47,578 nucleotides of DNA. Source: Candidatus Heimdallarchaeota archaeon. Lineage in GTDB: Archaea; Asgardarchaeota; Wukongarchaeia; Wukongarchaeales; JBHIFL01. Under the pieces are notes generated by a model. The model saw only the letters and a program-made list of their open reading frames with translations. It was not told where the DNA came from and did no database searches. The position numbers were made by a program, and so were the translations under genes. The DNA lies in contig JBHIFL010000028.1 in NCBI GenBank assembly GCA_046761065.1, positions 1 to 47,578 of the forward strand, in the 5' to 3' direction. Shown here piece by piece: positions 39,867 to 47,578 of the stretch (its first letter is position 1; each line of letters opens with the position of its first letter).

Positions 39867-41254
39867 CTATGATTTTGCATAAAATTTCCTTTGACTGGGC
39901 ATAGTTTTTTTAGAACCACCGACGAAAAGGGAGAAACATCGAATCGAGAGGTTGTTCACTCACGATTTCGATTCGATGCCTCCCTAGGAATGAAGCCTTC
40001 TTTCTAAAAAGATTTTCTGGTGTGCACATCTTTCACAAGCTCGGCTTCCCTCTCCCGGATCAGCCCATCGCCGCGTTCCAGGCCGATAAGTACAAGAAAC
40101 ACAACACAGTCCGCTCTGCGCTCTTGGCTGTTCTCAGCATGCCCCTAGAAAACGCGGAATCTCTCCGGGACATGATAGCTGGGCTGAATGCTGATCCCCT
40201 CCTCCGCCAGGTCTTCGAATACGGCCAGCCGGTTCACCAGCCCCAGCTCTCCTGCGACCTCCAGACGTGGGACCTCGGCTTAGTTCACCAGATCCTGCAG
40301 GGCCTGGTGGCCCAAGCCAAGCGGCGGAAGGTGGTTCAAGGCTTGAACCACCTGACCCTGATCCGAGAGCTCGCGGGCCAAGATTTCGCTTTCGTTTTAG
40401 CCAAACAGGTGGTGGCTCTCGACTTCATCTTCAAAATCCTCAACCCGACTACCTACCTCCCGGTCGCGTACGGCTACTGCCCCCTGACGGAGCAGATAGA
40501 GCCCGGAATCAAAACCGATCTCGCCTATAACGTCACCGTGGACGCGCCCCTTGGTCTGGAGGTGATATCAGGCAATGTCCATGACTCGACCCAATTCGAC
40601 CCGCTGCTGAGCGGGGTAACCCGAGTCCTCAAGCCTCAAGAGGTCATTCTGACCTATGACAAAGCGTATTACAAGATCGCCCGGTTCGACGAGCAGGGTG
40701 AAGCGGGGTACTTTACGGCTTCATGACCCCCTTGAAGACGAACAGTCTGCAGCGAGCCGAGGTCTTAGGATTCGAAGAGTACCCCCCGGGTAGATGGGCC
40801 GTGAGAGACTGGGTGGTGCGGCTGCACACCGGGAGGCACGAGCTCCGGGCAGTGGAACCCCGAGATGAGGTCAGGGGGAAGGAGTACTACCTCCTGCCCA
40901 ACCTCTGAGAAGTCAAGACAGCCACGTTGAAACAGCTGTACGAGACCCGTTGGCAGATCGAGATCCTATCCCGCGTGGTGAAACAAGCGTTCGGGTTAAA
41001 AACCAAGCGGCCGATTGGGAGGACGCTGAATGCGGTCCTTGTACAGATCTACTGTGCGGTCATCACCTATCAGACGCTCAGTATCTATCGCCAGCTGGTG
41101 TGCGGGGGGATGACAGTGTTCGACCTGCTGAGACAGATTAAATATATGCGGAAGCGGCTGAGTGCGGCTTGTCCCCCTTGGGAGCTGAGAAAAAGGTGTC
41201 CAACTCCGGCTTTAGCCCCCCAGGAGGTGACTTGAGTTTTATGTAAAATTAAAG
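39867..41254 (+). mobile_element. IS4-family insertion sequence (decayed)
   Basis: TIRs CTATGATTTTGCATAAAATT / CTTTAATTTTACATAAAACT (16/20 identical), 10-bp TSD CAAGTAATAA (39857-39866) / CAAGTAGTAA (41255-41264), and visibly higher GC than the flanks. Confidence 0.87.
40022..41235 (+). pseudogene. IS4-type DDE transposase, disrupted by a frameshift (~40710-40723) and an in-frame TGA (40906-40908)
   Basis: VALD, VHDS, YDKAYY and LYETRWQIE (YREK-like) motifs spread over three ORF pieces. Confidence 0.85.
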
Positions 41255-41660
41255 CAAGTAGTAAATCAATTTTTTATAAAATTTTTAATTCTTGTCATCA
41301 CTACTCCCAGATTTTTCTGATATCATCGTTAAACCATCAATTTCGATATATCACGCAGAAACGGTGTCCTCCAAGTCGGGGTAAATTCGTTTTTTAATTA
41401 CCCTGCAAGGTATTCTTGGAGGCGCTAGCAAAAGTGATGATTATTCATCGAAGAGCATTCGAAGATCTTCAAAAAGCTGAAAGAAAATAATGAGTTTTTA
41501 ATTCCTTCAGTTATTCTTTAGGAGTGTGTAGTTTCAAACCCGCATTAGTTGCGAATACCCACATTGATTGTTTTAAGTTTGTATTTTACAACAATTCTAG
41601 ATATTATATTAGATGTAAATTATGAATGAACAGAAAAAGAGGGGTTTTGCAGCTCTGTAA

Positions 41661-42371
41661 TCAACCCAAGACTACTTTAGATCCTATTTTTTCTCCTTTT
41701 ATAGCTTTAAAAATGTTTGTTGGATCTTTACCATTAAGAAATATTACCTCAATCTGTCCTCGTTGCACAATCTGAAGCGCGACCTGATCAAATAGCGGAT
41801 AGTCACCTGCCCGACTGACAGAACGTCCAATTATTTCCGAAAATTCGTCTATATTTAAGCGAGGAATCACTTTGGCGGAGGGATCTTCACGCGGATCTGT
41901 TGGGTAAATCCCATCTACATCTGTTGCATTAAGGAGGAGTTGGGCACCTACGGCCTCCGCCATTAGGGCAGCAACCGCGTTGGTACTCTGCCCAGGGCTC
42001 AATCCACCTAGAACCACAATTTTTCCAGTTGCCACCGCTGTTAACGCTGCTGTGAAAGAAAGAGGAACCTCTGGGTAGGCTTCCTCACCCAACGCTGTAA
42101 TGATAATCCGGGCATTATTGCGAGAAATCTCAATGCCTACTACATCAGCGCTTGCTTCTGATCCCCCACATGCCCTTACAGCTCCGATATATTTCCGGGC
42201 CATGCGACCTCCGCCAACAATCACCAAAAGTTCATGTTCCTGCTCTTGGATATTTCGTATAATCCGCGCTAATTGTTCTATTCGTTCAAGCGCGAATTCT
42301 TCCTTCTCAAAGAGGAGGGATCCTCCCAATTTAATGACAAATCGACTCATGTTTATAACTCCTTGTTTCAA
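41661..42371 (-). CDS. pyrH: UMP kinase
   Basis: VIKLGGS, VGGGRMARKYI, PGQSTNAVAA and TDVDGIY..DP. Confidence 0.95.
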   Translation of the reverse strand: MKQGVINMSRFVIKLGGSLLFEKEEFALERIEQLARIIRNIQEQEHELLVIVGGGRMARKYIGAVRACGGSEASADVVGIEISRNNARIIITALGEEAYPEVPLSFTAALTAVATGKIVVLGGLSPGQSTNAVAALMAEAVGAQLLLNATDVDGIYPTDPREDPSAKVIPRLNIDEFSEIIGRSVSRAGDYPLFDQVALQIVQRGQIEVIFLNGKDPTNIFKAIKGEKIGSKVVLG

Positions 42372-42662
42372 ATATATTTTTTGAGTGGTGATTCACTGGA
42401 AGTGTCATTGAGTTTCCCTCTATTCGACATATGTGAATTCTATTGGATTACCTACAGAGCAAAGTAATCAATAAGACAATAATATCTATGCATTGTTCAC
42501 AATCCATCAAAATATAGGAATTATTTAAAAAGATGGACTCAAATTACTTATGGATCAAAAAGACTTAAATAAAGTATACCGTTTGTTAGAACGTGTTTCC
42601 AAAAAAAGAAGGTTTAAATCTCTTTTTTATATTGAGTTAATTGCTATTTGTGGTGAGATTGG

Positions 42663-43067
42663 ATGCAGGTGCCTGAGAAAAAAGCACGAGATGTGATGTA
42701 CACTCCAGTTGTTTCTGTTTCTCCACAAAAGACAATTGCTCAAATTATTGACATGATGAACATGTATTCATTCTCACAACTTCCTGTGATAACTGATGAT
42801 GGGAAGATTGTTGGTTCTATAACAGAAAGAACACTTCTTGAGGTGTTAGGGAGCCAAGGCAGCGTAGATACCAATAAAACTATTGACACCATCATGGAGG
42901 CCTCCTTCCCCCAAGTGCCGCCTGAAACTTCCTTTTTGGAATTAGTTACAATCTTCTCCAGAGAAAATCCCCATGCGATTTTAGTTGTAGATAAAGAGGG
43001 TGTGAAGGGCATCATCTGCAAAACTGATCTTATCAAGACGATTGTATATAAAAATAAGCCTTCCTAA
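42663..43067 (+). CDS. CBS-domain pair protein
   Basis: ARDVM..PVVSVSP, FSQLPV, VGSITE and GII.K.DLI. Confidence 0.9.
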   Translation: MQVPEKKARDVMYTPVVSVSPQKTIAQIIDMMNMYSFSQLPVITDDGKIVGSITERTLLEVLGSQGSVDTNKTIDTIMEASFPQVPPETSFLELVTIFSRENPHAILVVDKEGVKGIICKTDLIKTIVYKNKPS

Positions 43068-43267
43068 CAATCAAATGATTCTACTCCAAACATGTGATGG
43101 TAAGGAAAGGCTTCTAAACTTTCACGAAAGAAAAAAAGTAAATAGAGCAGCTTTTTTGAATGGCTTAATTTTTATGATTGAATACATCCTTTGTTTTGAT
43201 CGAGTAAGATAAATTATTCTTGAAGGTCTCAATCTTCTAGCTTGTTTGATCACTAGGGGCACTAGAA

Positions 43268-44041
43268 TTGGAGGAAGGTATTAAAACCGCTGCTTACCTG
43301 ATTGTAGAGGCAAAAAAAGTTGTAGCCCTCACAGGAGCTGGGATTTCTACGGAATCAGGGATCTCAGACTTTCGTACTCCGGGGAAGGGGCTTTGGGCAA
43401 AGTATGACCCTGCAATCTACGCTAATTACAGCGTTTTTCGGAGGGATCCCTCTCTCTATTGGCAAATGGCTAAGGACACACGAAGAAAAGTACTAAACGC
43501 AAAGCCAAATCTAGCCCATTTGTCTCTTGCAGAACTCGAAAAAATGGGTAAGCTCGAATCGGTGATAACACAGAACATCGATTACCTTCATCAACGAGCT
43601 GGAAGTTCCAATGTGATTGAGCTCCATGGAACCGCGAGAACTGCATCGTGTATGTTATGCGCCAAAAAATATGATTTCCCAGATGTTATGAAAAAGCTGG
43701 ATGCGGACGAGATACCTCCCCAATGCGATTGTGGAGGCATTTTAAAAAGTGATACAATCCTCTTTGGAGAACCCATGCCTGTTAAGGCAATTAACCGCGC
43801 AAAACAGCTCGCTGAAGAAACTGACTTGATGCTTGTAGTTGGATCTTCTTTAGAAGTCTTTCCCGCCAATAGCCTGCCCCAAATCACGTGGGAACGTGAT
43901 GGAACACATCTTATTTTGGTTAATTTAAGCAATACACCGTTTGATTATATGTGGGACATAGCTCTCTATGGTCGCGCTGGCGAGATTTTACCAAAGATCG
44001 TCTCTCATGTTAAAACTAGGCTTGAAAGTGAAATACAGTGA
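43268..44041 (+). CDS. cobB: NAD-dependent deacylase (sirtuin)
   Basis: TGAGISTESGISDFR, TQNID, ELHG, zinc CxxC..CxC, FGE and GSSLEVFP. Confidence 0.95.
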   Translation: MEEGIKTAAYLIVEAKKVVALTGAGISTESGISDFRTPGKGLWAKYDPAIYANYSVFRRDPSLYWQMAKDTRRKVLNAKPNLAHLSLAELEKMGKLESVITQNIDYLHQRAGSSNVIELHGTARTASCMLCAKKYDFPDVMKKLDADEIPPQCDCGGILKSDTILFGEPMPVKAINRAKQLAEETDLMLVVGSSLEVFPANSLPQITWERDGTHLILVNLSNTPFDYMWDIALYGRAGEILPKIVSHVKTRLESEIQ

Positions 44042-44214
44042 TAATTTTAAGTCCTAAATACCGGAAATCCTACATCCTTATTAGATAAAGCCTAATTAAG
44101 TCCCAGAAACTTATCTCTCTCATGAAGATCTTTAGTAACTAGTTTCGGAGACCCTGTATAAATATACGAAAATATTAGTAAGAATGTTTAAATTAATTAT
44201 AGTTGGAGGTATAA

Positions 44215-44979
44215 TTGCGCAAATTATCAATCCTCCCAATTGCTTTAATATTCACATTAGCCATAATGGTTACCATACTCGTTGTCATACCTATTCTCAA
44301 ATGCCATTACATTCACAACGATAACTTTTCAATAAATCATATGCGAGTTGCCTACTTTAAAACCAGAACTTGGACTACCGAGTGGGTAGACTATACTTGG
44401 TGGGATGGCCTTGATGACACCCAACCCATCTCAACTGACTGGACATTTCAACAAATAATAGATTTATACTGTAGACGGGTCACCGAGAACCAAGAACAGA
44501 TCCCTTCCTTCGCTAACATCATCCAAGACTCTCATCACGGCATCATTTACATCCTGCTAGCTGATCTAAACGAGAAAGAAAAAGTCCTCGACATCATGGA
44601 TCCGTCGTCGCGCATCATTGTCAAATTTATCCATGTTAACTACTCCTTTACTCAACTCCGAGAATGGCAACTCCTCATAAGACAATTATTCGCTAATTCT
44701 AGTAGCCCCCTTTATCAAGGAGAAACACTGGAACAAGAGCTCGGGGTTGATGTGGTCGGGTGGGGAATTACTATGAACGCCACCATTTTATTTGATTTAA
44801 ACATTTGGACGAGGTGTGAAGGGGCAAGGTTAACGCAGGACCAAAAGGATAACCTATTATTACATCATGTCTACCTCTTTACAGATCATATTCTCACGAA
44901 ATACGCCATCCCTTGGGATGCGGTGTGGTTCCAAGAAGTACATCCAATTTTATTATTGGACAATAGCATCATAAACTAA
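44215..44979 (+). CDS. Hypothetical protein with N-terminal TM/signal anchor
   Basis: 254-aa ORF, SD GGAGGT before TTG, hydrophobic N-terminus. Confidence 0.65.
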   Translation: MRKLSILPIALIFTLAIMVTILVVIPILKCHYIHNDNFSINHMRVAYFKTRTWTTEWVDYTWWDGLDDTQPISTDWTFQQIIDLYCRRVTENQEQIPSFANIIQDSHHGIIYILLADLNEKEKVLDIMDPSSRIIVKFIHVNYSFTQLREWQLLIRQLFANSSSPLYQGETLEQELGVDVVGWGITMNATILFDLNIWTRCEGARLTQDQKDNLLLHHVYLFTDHILTKYAIPWDAVWFQEVHPILLLDNSIIN

Positions 44980-45123
44980 CCCATCTCTCTCAAAACATCA
45001 CTTGTTGGAATCTAAAGAGGCAAAAAACGTATAATACAAACTTCCAAATTCTACAACTAATGATGGTTTGGAATCATCGACACGCACTTATGCGGAAATC
45101 GAAGACTCTTTTTTCGGGTCAAG

Positions 45124-45705
45124 TTGACTGCGATGAACACAATTCTGTTTTTTATAGTTATTTTGATCATTGGATTAACTATTACACTCATCTTGTTTTT
45201 TCTTTCAACCGGATTTTCAACGGTCGATACAAGTGAAAATGAAGGTGTCTCCACACGAATTCAAGCTTTTATTGATGAAGTAGTGCAACAGATCAGAGAT
45301 AGCCGAGTGACGGACAAAGTAAGAGAGTTCTGGAAGAATGCCGAAAGAACGTTCAATGATTGGCTTAGTGAAATAGGACTTCGAGAGCCGAAGGAACCTC
45401 AAGAGACCCAACATTCAAGTTTTCCCCTTACTATTGAAAAAGACATCCCTAAAACGAGGCAAACAACGATTCCTCACAAGATGAAATGCTTTACCTGTGG
45501 AGCATCCTTTTCAGGTGGAAATTTTTGCCCGAACTGCGGAAAAGAACATCGAACCTGTCCAATCTGCAGAAAACCTATTTTGTACGGTGAAAACGTAGTA
45601 GAATGTCCAATGTGTGGGATTTTAGCACATACTCCTCACCTCCTTGAGTGGCTCAGGGTCAAAGGAATCTGTCCAAATTGTAAAAGTAAACTAACATTGA
45701 ATTAA
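45124..45705 (+). CDS. Membrane-anchored zinc-ribbon + RING-like domain protein
   Basis: N-terminal TM, CFTC..CPNC, then CPIC-x12-CPMC-x4-H-x2-H-xxxW-x6-CPNC. Confidence 0.78.
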   Translation: MTAMNTILFFIVILIIGLTITLILFFLSTGFSTVDTSENEGVSTRIQAFIDEVVQQIRDSRVTDKVREFWKNAERTFNDWLSEIGLREPKEPQETQHSSFPLTIEKDIPKTRQTTIPHKMKCFTCGASFSGGNFCPNCGKEHRTCPICRKPILYGENVVECPMCGILAHTPHLLEWLRVKGICPNCKSKLTLN

Positions 45706-45863
45706 CTGGTGTCAGAAGGATAAATCTTCTCGAGGGTTTCGTGTGTTCTGGGAATCCATGAAAGACTACAATCTCGAACTGGTTTCAAACCCGATAATAC
45801 GAAAGCAGTCATAGGTGACAGAAAAGCAAAACAATAATATTATTACAGCTTTTGATCTCAAAA

Positions 45864-47264
45864 TTAACTTGACTGGATAAGAGCTCGGGGGTGCGTACGC
45901 TGAATTACTTGACCACTACCTGGCTGAACTTTGATTTTTCTTCCCTCATAAATCACTTCGCCACGTCGGATAGTAATCTGGGGCCAACCAGTAATCTTCA
46001 TGCCTTCATAAATTGAAAACCCTGCTTTTGAAAATAATTCAGCTTTTTTCACTTCACGTTCTTCTGTAGGATCCCAGAGAGCTAGATCTGCATCGGAACC
46101 AACTTGAATTGTACCTTTTCGTGGGTAAAGTCCAAAAAGCTTTGCTACGTTGGTCGAAGTTAGTGCGACAAACCGTTCCAGTGAGATTTTGCCTTTTAAT
46201 ACCCCATTTGAGTGTAACATAGGTAACATAACTTGTAGTTCATTAATTCCAGGTAGTAAATCAGTTATGTTCAGTGATGGATCAAGTTTTTGCTCATGGG
46301 TATGGGGAGCGTGATCTGTCGCGATTGTATGAATAGCTCCTTGACGTATTCCTTCCCAGAGAGCTGCAACGTCACTTGCTTCACGTAGGGGGGGCTGCAC
46401 TATATACAATGCCCCCTCAGGTTTCAGGTATTGCTCTCGAGTAAGATACAAGAAGATTGGTCGTCCTTCAACATAAACCGGGAGAGAACATTTCTGTGCT
46501 TTCTCACACACTTTCAGAGCACGTTCAGAAGATAGATGGACAACATAGATCAGAGCACCAGTCGCTTCACACATTGCCACTGCACGTTGAGTTGCAACCA
46601 CTTCGGAGATTATTGGTCTACTTTCCGCATAATTGGAAAGGGATCCCCGACTTTCAGCCATCAGGGCTTGGCAGGTGGCATTTATGATAGCATTATCTTC
46701 ACAATGGATCATCGTAAGGATACCAGCATTTTTTGCTGCCTGTAACGCCTTTAGATATCCCAGAGAGTATTCATCGAAATTATCTGTACACATGAATACT
46801 TTTACACTGGTACACCCTTTCTCAACGAGTTGGGGGAACTCTTTCAACACTTCTTCTGTAGGAGTTTGTAGAACTGGGTGAATCATGATATCAGCAATTG
46901 CCAGTTTCTGGGCAGCCTTTGTCTCGCGTTTCAGGGTTTCTACGGGAGTTTCATTTGGCTCAGGAACAGATATACACCCAAGTGTCGTAATACCGCCAGC
47001 AAGAGCTGCTTTGGAACCACTCTCGAAATCGTCTGCCCAGTGATATTTTTCAGGAACATTATCAGGTAGTGAGAGATGCACATGAGGATCTATCCCCCCT
47101 GGTAAAATCAATAATCTATTTGCATCAATCTCATGTCCGTTATTTTCAGATTTCGGGAGATTAGAGCCTATTTCCGCAATTTTTTCACCTACTATTCGGA
47201 TATCAGCCTTGTATTGCTTCGTATCTGTCACAATCAAACCCTTTCGGATGACAATTTCGCTCAG
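45864..47264 (-). CDS. hydA: Dihydropyrimidinase / D-hydantoinase (cyclic amidohydrolase)
   Basis: PGGIDPHVH, AALAGGITT, SVKVF, HCED, VVHLS, TDHAP and GSDADL. Extended to CTG 47264 after SD AGGAGTGA (ORF track start TTG 47237). Confidence 0.88.
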   Translation of the reverse strand: MSEIVIRKGLIVTDTKQYKADIRIVGEKIAEIGSNLPKSENNGHEIDANRLLILPGGIDPHVHLSLPDNVPEKYHWADDFESGSKAALAGGITTLGCISVPEPNETPVETLKRETKAAQKLAIADIMIHPVLQTPTEEVLKEFPQLVEKGCTSVKVFMCTDNFDEYSLGYLKALQAAKNAGILTMIHCEDNAIINATCQALMAESRGSLSNYAESRPIISEVVATQRAVAMCEATGALIYVVHLSSERALKVCEKAQKCSLPVYVEGRPIFLYLTREQYLKPEGALYIVQPPLREASDVAALWEGIRQGAIHTIATDHAPHTHEQKLDPSLNITDLLPGINELQVMLPMLHSNGVLKGKISLERFVALTSTNVAKLFGLYPRKGTIQVGSDADLALWDPTEEREVKKAELFSKAGFSIYEGMKITGWPQITIRRGEVIYEGRKIKVQPGSGQVIQRTHPRALIQSS

Positions 47265-47578
47265 GTTGGGTCACTCCTGTTTTTGATAATATATTGACAA
47301 AAAAGTAAAGAAATAAGTAACCGTTTTATTTATCACCTATTTTGAAATATTAAACTTTCGGCAGTAATTTGTTTATAGGTTTTTATCAGGTATATAACTA
47401 GGACACTCCCCATGTTCGGACCGAGGAGGGGAGATGGGTATTCACTTAGGGTCGGTTCTGTAAAGTTTTTGTGGAATCTCTTTTCCAGCCTCCTTTTCAG
47501 TTGACCCTTTGGGTTAGGGACGGTATCGCAAAATATACGCCCAATCTTTGAGGTGTCCTCCCCACCAGGCTCCTGCCG

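Noticed and set aside
40906-40908. In-frame TGA in the transposase as selenocysteine or recoding
   Set aside because: The same element also has a frameshift and a degenerate TSD, so simple decay is more parsimonious. TGA is used as a normal stop elsewhere in the window.
1-47578. CRISPR array, rRNA, or prophage/integrase
   Set aside because: No regularly spaced repeats, rRNA-like sequence or viral hallmark genes were seen.

Overview
Archaeal chromosomal segment, most likely from an Asgard-like and probably anaerobic, thermotolerant lineage. This is inferred from a Roadblock/LC7 protein, a membrane-anchored RING-like protein, cDPG synthesis genes and an HdrA/MvhD cluster; taxonomy was not verified. 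Most of the window is housekeeping: Cdc6, proteasome beta plus aCPSF1, Sm/L37e, aRF1, class II RNR, a fragmented adk-L34e-cmk-L14e / cbf5 / S13-S4-S11 ribosomal cluster, a GPN GTPase, ThiI, PyrH and a sirtuin. There is also one decayed IS4-family element with terminal inverted repeats and a 10-bp target duplication. The standout signal is extreme bulge-helix-bulge (BHB) splicing. A tRNA-Pro(GGG) gene of 230 nt is split by five introns into six exons, three of them only 8-9 nt, and removing them rebuilds a standard 77-nt tRNA. All four tRNA genes carry a T-loop 59/60 intron (9 tRNA introns in total, none at the canonical 37/38). The cbf5 mRNA has a strict-BHB 26-nt intron that splits its catalytic Asp codon. 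A second pattern is near-cognate start codons (CTG three times, ACG once) directly behind strong Shine-Dalgarno motifs.
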